Made by a program: the position numbers and the translations under genes. DNA of 64,000 nt, taken from the NCBI GenBank assembly GCA_043228905.1, contig JBHGNT010000012.1, forward strand, positions 15,934,001-15,998,000, read 5' to 3'. Position 1 is the first letter of the stretch. Each line of letters begins with the position of its first letter. The stretch comes from Azolla caroliniana (Eukaryota; Plantae; Polypodiophyta). Under the pieces are notes generated by a model. That model was given only the letters and a program-made list of their open reading frames with translations. It made no database searches and had not been told where the DNA came from. Shown piece by piece: positions 22,501 through 33,929 of the stretch.

Positions 22501-24999
22501 ACAATCGACGAGTTCGCAGAGGCCTTCGTCGGTAGGTCAATCTATTCGGTCGGTGATCTATATTCAGGGTATGACCAGTTCCAACTAGCGGTAGAGAGCA
22601 GGGATATCACGACGATGCAGACTCCTCCCGGCCTAGTGCGGATGTCTACCCTACCGTAGGGAGGGACCAACTCGATGGCGCACATGGTGAATGTGATGAA
22701 CAAGGTACCGAGGGACTACGTCCCGGACATCACCATGCCATTCTTGGACAACATCCCGATCAAGGGATGTCCGATAGGGAATACAGACGAATCGGTCGGG
22801 TTAGACGGATGCCGGAAATTCATCGCGGACCACATCAACGACTGCGAGAAGGTGCTACAAAGACTTGAGAGCGCGCGACTCACCTTCTCCAGAGAGAAGT
22901 CAGCTTTCGGGCAGTCGGAGATCCTGGTAGTCGGGCACTTTTGTAGGCCTTATGGCCGGAAATTGTCTCCCATGAAGGTGGGGATCATCTCTGCGATGAA
23001 GGACGATTGCGGCTTGGTTACGGAGGTCTAGAGGTTCTTGGGGGCGTGTGCATTCTATCACATCTTGATTCAGCACTACACACAGGTCACGGATCCACTC
23101 TACGGGCTGCTGAGAAAGGGGCATAAATTCGAATGGGCCAAGGAGCATACGGAGTCGATCTGGAGACTGAAGGAGGCACTTACTGCAGAACTAATCTACG
23201 TAACCGTAGATACAAGCCCGACCGTGATAGGATGGGTGATCAATCAGGAGGACGAGAGCGGCATGAGGTTCCCGATCCGGTTCAGGGCGAAGGTTCTCAG
23301 TGAGCGACAGTGAGGATATGCCCAAGTTAAGCGCGAACTATGGGGTATCGTTTCGGCGGTCAAGACCGAGAAAGACTACTTCATCAGGACAGAAGTAATC
23401 ATCGAGACGGACTGCCTGCCGATCCTCGGTATGGTTTTCGGATACGTGACTCCGAACCTGGCAATGCTCAAGTGGATCGCGTACATTAAGTCCCTGGACT
23501 CGGAGATACGACACATCTCTGGAAAGGACAACACCATGGCCGATATGCTTTCTAGAGCGCGTTTCGACGACGAGAACGGCATGGTTTCGGAGGATGAAGA
23601 AGTCGGCGTAGGGAGCACTCCGGCACTTAACGAGTTCAACGAGAGAGAGTACAATGGGGAGTGGCTCTAGATTGGAAGGTTCCTGAGGAAAATGATGTCG
23701 GACGCGACTTGGACTAGAGAGGAGGCTAACCGAATCCGGAAGAAAGTGCATTGATTCTTCCTCCGGGATAGAAGTATATGGAAGCTCCCAAAGAAGTGAG
23801 GTAGCGTCCCACTCCGCGTAGCGGTGGGAAAGGATGAGAAGGACAAGTTGTTAACGGCGTACTACGAGAGTCCTTAGGCTGGACACTGCGGGACATGGAC
23901 CACGTTTGAGAAACTGAAAGAGAAATACTGGTGGCCCAGGCCGTACCGGGAGGTGTACCAGTTCGTGACGACGTGCGAAAGCTGTCAGCTGCACTCCACA
24001 GTCTGACATCGAGATGAGCTACACCCGACCTACCCGCCAACTGTCCATTTCAATTGGATGGGAGACTTAGTGACGATGTCGATGGAGGTAGGGTAAATGC
24101 GGTACCTGGTGCTTGCGCGGGAGGATTTGACGAACCAGGTGGAGAGCCGCGCACTGCAGAACAAGATGGCTGCGGTGGTGTGCCGGTTCCTGATCGAAGA
24201 GGTAGTATGCCGGTACGGGTGCATAGGGAAGATCATGGCAGACCGAGGAGAGTTGAACGTGCAAGAAGTTGAGGAGTTGTTCGACCGGCTAGGGGTCAAG
24301 CTCTCTCTCACCACGACATACAATCCGAAGGCCAACGGGAAGGTAGAACGCGGCCACGGGCCGATCGTGAAGGCTCTGGTACGAGCGTGTGACGGACAAG
24401 TCGGGAATTGGCCACGCCTCCTTCCTTATGTGTTGTGGGCGGACCGGACTACGCGCAGTTCGATAACAAGGTTCATGCCAGCGGAGCTGATGTACAGGCA
24501 GAAGCCTATCATGCAGGTGGACTGGACGATTTCCTCCTGGGCGGTGATAGATTGGAGAGACGAGATGAGCCAGGAGGAGCTGTTGGCAATGCGTATTCGA
24601 CAACTCGAGCGAAGACCGGAGGACATGGAGTGTGCAAAGGTGAACCTGCATGCGGCGAGGGAGAAGAACAAAAGCCAGTTCGACCGGACGCACCGACTAC
24701 GGCCAAAGAAGATCGAGGAGGGCGACTGGGTGTTGGTGTACAACAGCAACCTCAACAACCAGCAGAAGGCAACGCGCAAATTCGCGAGGAGGTGGTTCGG
24801 ACCCTATGCCATAACGAGCGTGAATAACAATGGGACGTATCATCTTACGGATCTCGACGGGACACGATTAAAAGTGTCGGTAACTGAGAAGCGGATCAAG
24901 GCGTTCAAGAAACAACATGAGGACGGGCCGGACCCGGAAAGCGTGACCGACGACGATAAATGGTTCGGAGCAGACGAGGATTCGGGAAGTAACAAATGA
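19549..24999 (+). pseudogene. gag-pol: Element E gag-pol with many stops and frameshifts
   Basis: Collinear fragments 19549-20112, 20365-20667, 20883-21547, 21964-22659, 22675-23670 and 24097-24999. Confidence 0.9.
20258..20287 (+). repeat. Interstitial plant telomeric repeat, about 4 x TTTAGGG
   Basis: GGGTTTAGGGGTTTAGGGTTTAGGGTTTAG inside E gag. Confidence 0.9.
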
Positions 25000-25845
25000 T
25001 TAGGGGCCGGTCTTCTCCGGCGATTGTTAGTGTCTGGCGCATACCGGGGGATGCGTGGTTTGGTGGGGGTGGATGTCGTGAAGAAAACTGGCCCTAGGAG
25101 GAATCAAGGAATTAAAGGCATGAACCCGCCCTTGCACGAGTGTGCGCTAATTGGCACATTGCACATAACTAAGAATAGGATGGCTGATGTAAATATACTA
25201 AGTATGATATATTTATTAGCTAGGAGATCGACGCGTATCTCTATCTGAAATGACAAAGAATAAAGTTGATTTGTTTTGATGTAACGGCCTCCTCGGCGAC
25301 CTATAAAAGAGAGGGCAGAAGAAGAAGAAGGTATCACATTTTGGCGAGGACAAGGTGCTGTCGGACTGGGTATTGAGCTCTCTCCTCCTCTATCGCTGCT
25401 CTCCACTCTGTTTCTGCGTCGATTGCCTCTGCTGCGTGTAAGCCGCGTGCTTCCAGCAAAGGCTCCATCGTGTGTTCTCTATGTCATGTGTGTGTGTGTG
25501 GGTTTTCTGTGTCGGCTCGGTTGCCGGCTTGCCGATTATAATCTTGCATACATTATAACCTTGCTAGTTATTGAATTCAAACTTCTATTTTCTCTCTCTT
25601 GTGTTCTCGTGAGTTCCCTCTACCTTGTCCGGTAAGCATGTATCAGGTTCGAAGACTATACGCGTTCGGGTCTTATTTGGCCAGTAACGCTGTTGGCAAC
25701 GAGCAGGCCTAGCCAGCGATATGCTCGCATATCTCTCTCTCTCCCTTTTGATCTCTTAAACCGCTCGATCCAAGACCCCCACGGTCCCGCCTTAGCTTCT
25801 CCCGCGGGAGCGGAACTACACAACAACGGTTGAGCCGAAACCCGT

Positions 25846-27733
25846 TGTCGTGATGTGGCCTGCTTGAGAGTGGGAAAAACCGGCGAAAGGGGGGTGTCAA
25901 AAATGTGCATGTGCAATGTGTGTGCACACAAAAACGATTAGTTGTGCATATGCAAAATAAAAGGGAAAAGAAAGGGTGGAAAAGATGCATAGATGCCTGT
26001 GACAAAATTAAGATAGAAGAGAGATGAAATGTAGAGGAGAGATAGGCTAAGAATTTATAGAGATAGAATTATATATTGTATAAGAGAGAGTTAGTGGGCT
26101 AGTGGATAGTCACATTGACTACTAGTTAGAGGTGCACGGTTCAAATCTAGTCTTATAGAGTAGCGAGATTTAAGGAGTTTTATTCCTTTTTCATTCAAGA
26201 CAAAATTGGCGACCCCCCTTCTTTTTTTCCTATAAAAGGAGGTCAAGGGGGGCTCATTCCGGAGGATGTTTTGGGAGGAGGAGACTATCGTCAATTTCTC
26301 TTCAGAGCTCTTCATCTTCTTATTCACCACTTCTGTTCATCTCATACCCCTTCATCCCCCCATCGCCACGTGCTCGTCTTCTTCGCGTCGGCACTCGAAG
26401 TACTTGTGAGCCCAAGATTCGTTGGTTCGACGTTGCTCCGCCCTGTTCATCGTTGTGAGCCCCTGTGCTCGCCATTCGGGTGGCCATGGTTCGTTGGGAT
26501 TGACATTTTGGTGGTTCTCGTGTGTTCATCTTCTCCGTGTTCGGATTTGCTTTTGTCTCTAAGGGCATTTAGTATTTATGTTTTGATTGTGCTTGTGGTT
26601 AACTATAAGTTGCCATTGTAAACAAAACCCTATTTTATAAAGGGTCCTCTTGTGTTGGAATCGAACACGTATTTATCTCTTTGGTCGATATCATTCTTGT
26701 TTCTTCCCCTCCTTCTTTCTTTGTTCGTGTCTTCCTTGTACGTTCGGCCGTCTTGTAACGAGGGAGCGTTTCAGGCGTGCCCATACACCTCTCCTCCTCA
26801 TAAAGACGTATGAGCATTTGTGCGTACGTTTGTGTCTTCCGTGTACGTTCGGCCATCTTGTGACGAGGGACCATTTCGGGCTTGCCCATGCACCTCTCCT
26901 CCTCATAAAGGCGTACTAGCATTTTGTGCGTGCGTGTCTTTCTTGTATGTTCAGCCGTCTTGTGACGAGGGACCGTTCGGGCTTGCCCATGCACCTCTCC
27001 TCCTCATAAAGGCGTACTAGCATTTTGTGTGTGTGTTTGTGTCTTTCTTCTACGTTCGGCCGTCTTGTGACGAGGGATCGTTCGGGCTTGCCCATGCACC
27101 TCTCCTCCTCATAAAGGCGTACGAGCATTTTGTGCGTGTGTTTGTGTCTTTCTTGTACGTTCGGCCGTCTTGTGACGAGGGAGCGTTTCGGGCTTGCCCA
27201 TGCAACTCTCCTCCTCATAAAGGCATACCAGCATTTTGTGTGTGTGTTTGTGTCTTCCTTGTACGTTCGGCCGTCTTGTGACGAGGGAGCATTTCGGGTG
27301 TGCCCATGCACCTCTCCTCCTCATAAAGGGGTACGAGCATTTGTGCGTGTGTTTTATGTCTACCTTGTACGTTCGACGTCTTGTGATGAGGGAGCGTTCG
27401 GGCGTGCTCATGCACCTCTCCTCCTCATAAAGACGTACGAACATTCGTGTTTGTGTTATTGTCCCCTTGTGCGTTCATCTTGCGTGCTGATCTTGCTTGT
27501 ACCCGTTTGGTCACTTGGCTCTTACGGTGATCTCGAAAGGTTGACGAGTTGTGATCAACGAGAGCCACCGGCCTCACAAAACAAAAGGGGCAACGAGACC
27601 TTGCTCGGGAAGGGGTCGGGAAGTAGTATTGTCATAAAGCAAACCTCGGGTCTTCTCTATCCCTTGAGTACTCCCTAGTCCAAGACCTCCGTGGTCCCAC
27701 CCAAGTAACACACGTGCACGAAACTTCGCGACA
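25846..27733 (+). mobile_element. Solo LTR F (1888 bp) with 4-bp TSD CCGT
   Basis: Ends TGTCGTGA...TCGCGACA. CCGT at 25842-25845 and 27734-27737. Removal restores host KVNGFRL in frame. TATA-like CCTATAAAAG near 26230. U5 motif shared with E. Confidence 0.88.
26727..27480. repeat. Tandem array of ~105-bp units (7 full plus a partial) inside solo LTR F
   Basis: The anchor TGTACGTTCGGCCGTCTTGTG or a variant recurs at about 26737, 26842, 26944, 27049, 27154, 27260, 27366 and 27468. Confidence 0.95.
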
Positions 27734-28752
27734 CCGTTGACTTTCTTCGGCAAAATTTTGTCGGCTAACATCCCGAGCTCGAAAGTGTCGTTTTCGGTGT
27801 CCATTATCCTATATGGTCCAGTCCACTTGAATTGGAGCTTCCCCAACATTGGCTCCATGAGTGTCTGGAACACCAGCATGACTTTGCCGATGTCGAACGT
27901 TTTTTTGTTCCCTTGCCGGTGCCTATCGACAAATGCTCTCTGCTGGCATCGTTCCTGCTCCAGGATGGTCATGCTATGGATTAGACTTTCTCCGAGTTCT
28001 AAGAGTTGTTGGAGTTGGACATGTTCCAACTCGTTTTCCGTGACATGTTCGTGGACCTAGAAGCGCAAACTCGGGACTTGGAATTCGACTGCCTCCGGTG
28101 TCTAAGACAATAGCCCTTCCACACGTCGACCTACCATGGGGACACTTTTTACGACCTGTTGAGATATCAAGCTCAACTAGTTTAATCTAGTTAGCCAACA
28201 CATGTAACTTAGTAGTTACCTTGATCGAATCTAGTTAATGTGTTGACCTTAAGCCTTTAAATAGGACCTTTTACTTAAGTAGGATATTCTAGATCCTCCA
28301 CTCCTTAGTACATTTAATGTAGGACTTACACATAAGAACCTATGTTCTACCCACACATGTGCACCCTTGCACATGGGTTGTATATATACCTCATTGTGGG
28401 TATTTTTGTATGTTGATGACACTTTTCAATATAGTCAATCATCCCCCATTTATCTTTGTGTTCAAGTGTAACTTCCTCTCTCTCTCTCTCTTCCTCTCAC
28501 ACACTCTCACGCGCATATCATACTAATCTTCCGCTGCTTAACGTAACCATATAATTAGTCTCTAGTTAACCCTAGTTAATTACCTAATTACTTAACATGG
28601 TATCAGAGCGCGTAGTTTAGGAAATCCACTAAGCCCACCGCTTATTCGTGATTGTGTGTTCGAGACACCGACGACAAATCCCGGCTATTCGCTATCCGCT
28701 ACCGTAGTGCCGCTACGAAGGACGTGCACGCGACCAAGAGAAGAAAAACAAA

Positions 28753-30108
28753 ATGGAAGACACAACAATCAACATGAACAAACAAATGGGAAGCTCACTC
28801 CCTAGCGAAAAGCTAGACCGAAACAACTATTCATCTTGGGAGTACAAGATGAATCAATACCTTGTCGGCCAAGGGTATTGGAGCTACATCAACGACGCAC
28901 AAGAAAACAAACCCGAAACCACACACGCCAACTACCCAACGTGGGAGCAAGGCGCGAGTCGGGTAATGTATTGCTTGGCAACATGTGTAAACGACCACAT
29001 GCTTAGCAACATTCGTGACGCCAAGACGCCCAAAGAGGCATGGGAAAATCTCAAGAAGATTTTCGCCGCGGACACATCCGCGCACAAGCTTCAACTCCGG
29101 AAAGAGTTGAACAACATACGACAAAAAGAAATGTCCATGACAGACTACACCGCCAAGATCAAGAGCATTTGCGACTCTCTTGGCTCCATCAACGTCAACA
29201 TCGACGAGGACGAGATGGTGCAAGTATGCTTGGGCGGCCTCTCACAACGATTCAACCCGTTGAGAACAACAATCTTGGCGAGAGATACCCATCCCTCGTT
29301 CTTCAACCTCCAATCAATGCTATTGGTCGAAGAAAACCACGTTCAACCAAAGACCAACACATCGGAAGGACAAATTCTCTTCTCCGATATGGATGGTGCC
29401 CATAGACGAGGTCGACGCGGAAGAGGTCAATTCGACCTATCCCACGAAGGGAATTCACAATTTCGGCAAGGAAACGGAAGCCATCGAGGAACCTTCACAA
29501 GAAGGGGGAGCTTCCACGCCGAACAAGGTCGGCGAACGACGCCACCTACGTGCAACTATTGCGGCAAAATTGGCCATCGCGAAGAGGAGTGCCGAAAAAG
29601 ACGAAGCGAGTCGGCCTCAACAAGCCGGCAACTCACAAATTACGCCGCGAACGCGGAATACGCGGACTACGGCGAACTCTTCGTGATGAGGCATAGAGTG
29701 AACTCTATGATGGCCTCCGATCCCGCAAACTCCACAAGCACCTCCAACTCCAAACACGCGTGGTTCGTAGACTCCGGCGCCTCGCACCACATGACGTCGC
29801 ACCAAGAGTGGTTTCGCAACTTGCGAACGCCGGATCGACCCGGCTACATAGAGACCGGAGATGACACTCCGCATCCCATTCGGCACATTGGCGATGTCCC
29901 ATTCGGGAAAGAAGGCGAGCAAACTTGCATCAAGAATGTCTTGCACGTGCCCACAATAACAAAGAATTTGGTCTTGGTCAGCCAAATCGTGGAGCAAGGC
30001 ATGCAAGTCCGCTTCAACAATGAAGGTTGCTTCATTGAGAAAGACAGCCGACTCATAGCCAAGGGACGGAGGACGGTCGCTTGTTCATCCTCGACTCAAA
30101 CGAGGTAA
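28753..30108 (+). CDS. gag: Copia G gag-protease, frameshifted into integrase near 30080
   Basis: KLDRNNYSSW, CNYCGKIGHREEEC zinc knuckle, WFVDSGASHH protease. Confidence 0.88.
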   Translation: MEDTTINMNKQMGSSLPSEKLDRNNYSSWEYKMNQYLVGQGYWSYINDAQENKPETTHANYPTWEQGASRVMYCLATCVNDHMLSNIRDAKTPKEAWENLKKIFAADTSAHKLQLRKELNNIRQKEMSMTDYTAKIKSICDSLGSINVNIDEDEMVQVCLGGLSQRFNPLRTTILARDTHPSFFNLQSMLLVEENHVQPKTNTSEGQILFSDMDGAHRRGRRGRGQFDLSHEGNSQFRQGNGSHRGTFTRRGSFHAEQGRRTTPPTCNYCGKIGHREEECRKRRSESASTSRQLTNYAANAEYADYGELFVMRHRVNSMMASDPANSTSTSNSKHAWFVDSGASHHMTSHQEWFRNLRTPDRPGYIETGDDTPHPIRHIGDVPFGKEGEQTCIKNVLHVPTITKNLVLVSQIVEQGMQVRFNNEGCFIEKDSRLIAKGRRTVACSSSTQTR

Positions 30109-31655
30109 AATCGGCCATGTACGCCAAAGGTCTCAAGACCGAGACAAACATCGAGTTGTGGCACAAGCGAATCGGCCACGTAAACCTCCAACGGCTTCGC
30201 GGAATGCAGTCAAAGGGAGTCATAATCGAACTCCCGGCCTTCGAATCGAAACGAGTCGACGGAGTGTGCGAAGCGTGCCAACTCGGCAAACAACATCGAC
30301 TCCCATTCCTGAAGGAGATCTCCACAAGCAAAGGCCTCCTCGACATCATACACTCGGATGTATGGGGACCGGCTCAAACGTCGACGCTCAGCGGATGCCG
30401 CTACTACGTCACCTTCATCGACGACCACTCGCGCTACGTGTGGATATACCCGATGAAGAAGAAGAGCGAAGTGCTTTACCACTTTCAAAGGCTCAAAAGC
30501 CAAGTGGAGAAAGAAACCGGTCGACACATTCGATGCCTACGATCGGACGGAGGAAAGGAGTACTTCTCCGACGAGTTCACCTCTTACCTCCAAGGTGAAG
30601 GCATTCGTAGAGAATTCTCATGCCGACACACTCCCCAAAAAAACGGAGTAGACGAGAGAAAGAATCGGCAAATACTCGAGGTAGCACGCGCCATGATGCG
30701 TGAGAAGCACATGCCGAACTTCTATTGGGCAGAAGCGGCATCTACGGCTGTCTATCTCATGAATCGATGCACCACAAATAGCGTGCACGAGCTTACTCCA
30801 TACGAGATCTTCGTTGGAAGAAAGCCCATCCTCTCGCACCTCAAGGTGTTCGGAAGCATTGCGAATGTACGCATCCCGAACGAAAATCGAGAGAAGCCCG
30901 ACGCGAAGTCGGAGGAATGTATCCTCATAGGATACTTGTCCGTGAAAAAGGCGTACAAATGCTTCAACCCTTCAACCCGAGCGGTGCGGATAAGTCGCGA
31001 CGTTGTTTTCGACGAATCGGCATCTTGGTATAAGCCCGATGCGACTCCATCCGACCCGATCGAGGAAGAGTTGAACGCCAACTCAGACGACGAAACTCGG
31101 CCAAGTCCTCCACCGAAGGACAATCCAAGCTCTACCGAGCTAATTGGCCCACAAGAGCCTTCACGCGATGAAAACATGTCGCGGCCAAGTCCGACATTGG
31201 ACAAAGGCAAAGGTAAGATGCCCGAATACGAAGTCGAGGTCCACACCGACGACCGTGATTCGGATGACTCGGCTCGCTCACTAGACAGTGAGTTCGTTGT
31301 ACCCATCATGAGGACACCCGGAGTAAAGAAGGCGCTCACATCAACAAACGAGAAACTCCGCCGCTCATCACGAGCGAAGACCCAAGTCACTCGTTACGCC
31401 TACAATGAGTATATGACCCATCACTATGCCCTCGCAATGAAGGTAGTGGCCGAACAAGGGCCCGAGGATCCAAGCCTTCATCACAGGCTTGAGGGGGAGA
31501 ACAAAGCCGCGGAGAACCGCGCAATGAAGCCGCGAATACGCGAAGAAAGCCGCGCAACAAAGCCGCGGAGAGCCGCGCAACGAAACCGCGAAGCTGCGAA
31601 TACGCGAAGAAAGCCGCGAAACAAAGCCGTGGAGAGCCGCGCAACGAAGCTATGA
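30081..31655 (+). CDS. pol: Copia G integrase plus linker, fused across the RT-RH deletion to a repeat-encoded basic tail
   Basis: WHKRIGH/CEAC, HSDVWGP, RSDGGKEY, SRDVVFDE. No YVDD or RH motifs follow. Confidence 0.85.
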   Translation: MFILDSNEVKSAMYAKGLKTETNIELWHKRIGHVNLQRLRGMQSKGVIIELPAFESKRVDGVCEACQLGKQHRLPFLKEISTSKGLLDIIHSDVWGPAQTSTLSGCRYYVTFIDDHSRYVWIYPMKKKSEVLYHFQRLKSQVEKETGRHIRCLRSDGGKEYFSDEFTSYLQGEGIRREFSCRHTPQKNGVDERKNRQILEVARAMMREKHMPNFYWAEAASTAVYLMNRCTTNSVHELTPYEIFVGRKPILSHLKVFGSIANVRIPNENREKPDAKSEECILIGYLSVKKAYKCFNPSTRAVRISRDVVFDESASWYKPDATPSDPIEEELNANSDDETRPSPPPKDNPSSTELIGPQEPSRDENMSRPSPTLDKGKGKMPEYEVEVHTDDRDSDDSARSLDSEFVVPIMRTPGVKKALTSTNEKLRRSSRAKTQVTRYAYNEYMTHHYALAMKVVAEQGPEDPSLHHRLEGENKAAENRAMKPRIREESRATKPRRAAQRNREAANTRRKPRNKAVESRATKL

Positions 31656-31800
31656 AGCCGCAAATATGCGAACAAAGCTGCGCAATGAAGCCGCAAAGAC
31701 GTGAAGAAAGCTGCGCAACGCCGCGCAACAAAGCCGCGGAGAGCTGCTAAACGAAGGCGCGAAGGCGCGAAGAAAGCCGCAAGCCGCACCGATGCAAACA
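31501..31800 (+). repeat. Irregular short tandem repeats built on AAGCCGCG in the G 3' region
   Basis: More than ten AAGCCGCG/AAGCTGCG words alternate with CAACA, GAGA or AATACGCGAAGA spacers. Confidence 0.85.
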
Positions 31801-33929
31801 AAGCAGAAGGAAGCTAAACCGGACCTTGGACGCCTCACACTTGAGCTTGAGTGGGCGTGTTGAGATATCAAGCTCAACTAGTTTAATCTAGTTAGCCAAC
31901 ACATGTAACTTAGTAGTTACCTTGATCGAATCTAGTTAATGTGTTGACCTTAAGCCTTTAAATAGGACCTTTTACTTAAGTAGGATATTCTAGATCCTCC
32001 ACTCCTTAGTACATTTAATGTAGGACTTACACATAAGAACCTATGTTCTACCCACACATGTGCACCCTTGCACATGGGTTGTATATATACCTCATTGTGG
32101 GTATTTTTGTATGTTGATGACACTTTTCAATATAGTCAATCATCCCCCATTTATCTTTGTGTTCAAGTGTAACTTCCTCTCTCTCTCTCTCTTCCTCTCA
32201 CACTGTCATGCGCTTATCATACTAATCTTCCGCTGCTTAACGTAACCATATAATTAGTCTCTAATTAACCCTAGTTAATTACCTAATTACTTAACACGAC
32301 CTCTAGGGTGACGAAGGTCATAAAAAATTACAACATAGGAAATCCATGGACCACACAACATTGTGAGCCGAACACATCATATATGCTCGAGAGTGCCTAG
32401 CTCCCTTTCTCACTCTAATCTTCATCCACACCCTCATTGAGGGTTTTCCACCACAATGGACCATCAACACAGTCACCCCTATACATAAAGGAGGGGATCC
32501 AATGGACCCAAATACATATAGGACCATTATGATAGGTCATACGCTCGTTAAACTATATGGTGCAGTAAAGGAAGCAGAGCTCAGCGATTATATGGAAACC
32601 TTAAGACTTTGAGCAACTGAGCAGGCTGGCTTTAAACCAGCCTTCTCCACTATTGGCCATATCTTCACAGTTAGATGCTTAATTGACCAGATGAAGGCTT
32701 GCAAGAAGAAACTATATTGTTGCTTTGTGGACTTCCGCAAAGCCTTTGACACAGTTCCTAGGGTGCGGTTGTTTGATAGGCTTAAAATCTTGGAGATACC
32801 AAATGACATAGTTCCTAGGAGTGGTTGTTTGATAGACTTAAAGGCTTGGAGATACCAAATGACATGATCAGGGCCATTTATGCTCTATATGAGCAAGTCT
32901 CTGGGTGCATAAGACGCCCAAGTGGCCTATCCAATTGTTTCACCAACACCATTGGTGTAAAACAGGGTTGCCCCTTATCACCGGCTCTTTTTGGGATGTA
33001 CATTGATGAGATCACTGATTTTATTGCTCGTAAAGGAGGCAACGGAGTGCCCATTGGGGGTACGCAAGTTAGTGTCTTACTCTACGCAGAAGACATCGTC
33101 TTGCTCTCGGAGTCTCAATAGGACCTATAGAAGCATCTTAATGCCCTAGATGACTTTTGCACACAACGAGGACTAGTAGTGAATCTAGTGAATCTAGTGA
33201 AAACGAAAGTCCTTATCTTTCATACATCGTCTCTATTATGCACACATAACATTGGTGAGGGTAGGTCACTAATATTTATATTAGTGAAGGGTATGTTCAC
33301 TAATGTTAAAAAGGGGACTAATGATTGGATAGAAGGAATGAAAGGTGCATGCACTATCATGATTTGGACAACCAATGAATGGAGAGCCTTTTAGAAAGGC
33401 ACATCTATTCAAGGGGCCTAGGAAAAGGTATAAATATGAGGCTTAACTACCCTCATAAGGACATTACGTCAGAAGGTTGCTGCCTTAGACACCGGTGGTG
33501 CAGGCTAGGCTTTTGTCTCGACGATCGTGTTTATCTCTTCCAAGGTATTAGTCATTCTAATATCCGGCAGTATGGGATGTCAGTGGAAGGTTGGCTATGT
33601 CTAGATCATAGCTCGGGGTGGTCGGGTGAAATGAGTTCTTCTATCTAATCTATTTTCCTTCTTTTACTTTACTTTGGTCTATTGATTAGTAATAGACTCT
33701 TAATAGCGGTATCAGAACTTTTACTAACAATTTTTTTTGTTGTTTTGATATTTTTTGCGTGTGAGGGATGGGGATCTAACAAGGCTCGTCATGCTCTTCT
33801 CAGGATCAAAACAACACTCTAAACCCGGTATTCTTCTTTCTATGATGCGTTCTTGTTGGTGGAATCAAATTTGTATTACGTTTTCTTTTCTTTTCTTTCT
33901 TCTTTCTACCATGATACGATTTTAATGAT

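Larger units (their letters stand above)
18763..25825 (+). mobile_element. Full-length degenerate Ty3/gypsy element E (4-bp-TSD lineage)
   Basis: LTRs 18763-19507 and 25074-25825 (TG...CA, visibly diverged). Flanks ATGG and ACGG. Domain order gag (CMWCDAVSHIRKGC), PR (LIDHGS), RT (YSNWWFTVPKK, FLDN), RH (VDTSP), IN (KANGKVERGH, WFGPY). G-rich tract at 25058-25073. Confidence 0.93.
6596..28096 (-). mobile_element. Gypsy element I (J-like), 3' part in five host segments: 27734-28096, 25826-25845, 17301-18762, 11996-12405, 6596-6880
   Basis: Removing the inserts restores the integrase C-terminus (EFQVPSLR...KWTGPY...ILPKKVNGFRL / PYLGPTPPNPF, stop 18649-18651), matching J at about 59320-59764. 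An extra ORF from 18305 is homologous to J 60137 onward. Confidence 0.85.
28157..32296 (+). mobile_element. Ty1/copia element G with TSD CGACC; gag-PR-IN present, RT and RNase H absent
   Basis: LTRs 28157-28597 and 31858-32296 with few differences. TSD CGACC at 28152-28156 and 32297-32301. PBS TGGTATCAGAGC at 28598-28609. Degenerate PPT at 31840-31857. Confidence 0.96.

Noticed and set aside
26727-27480. CRISPR array or hammerhead ribozyme (retrozyme) array; the minus strand has TTATGAG...GGGCAAGCCCGAAAC...GTC
   Set aside because: There are no unique spacers or cas genes. The invariant CUGANGA core and a credible stem I are missing.
28096-28156. Independent element between I and G
   Set aside because: About 40 bp resemble the inverted M-family LTR (CCGGTGTCTAAG), but the piece is too short and boundary-less to call.
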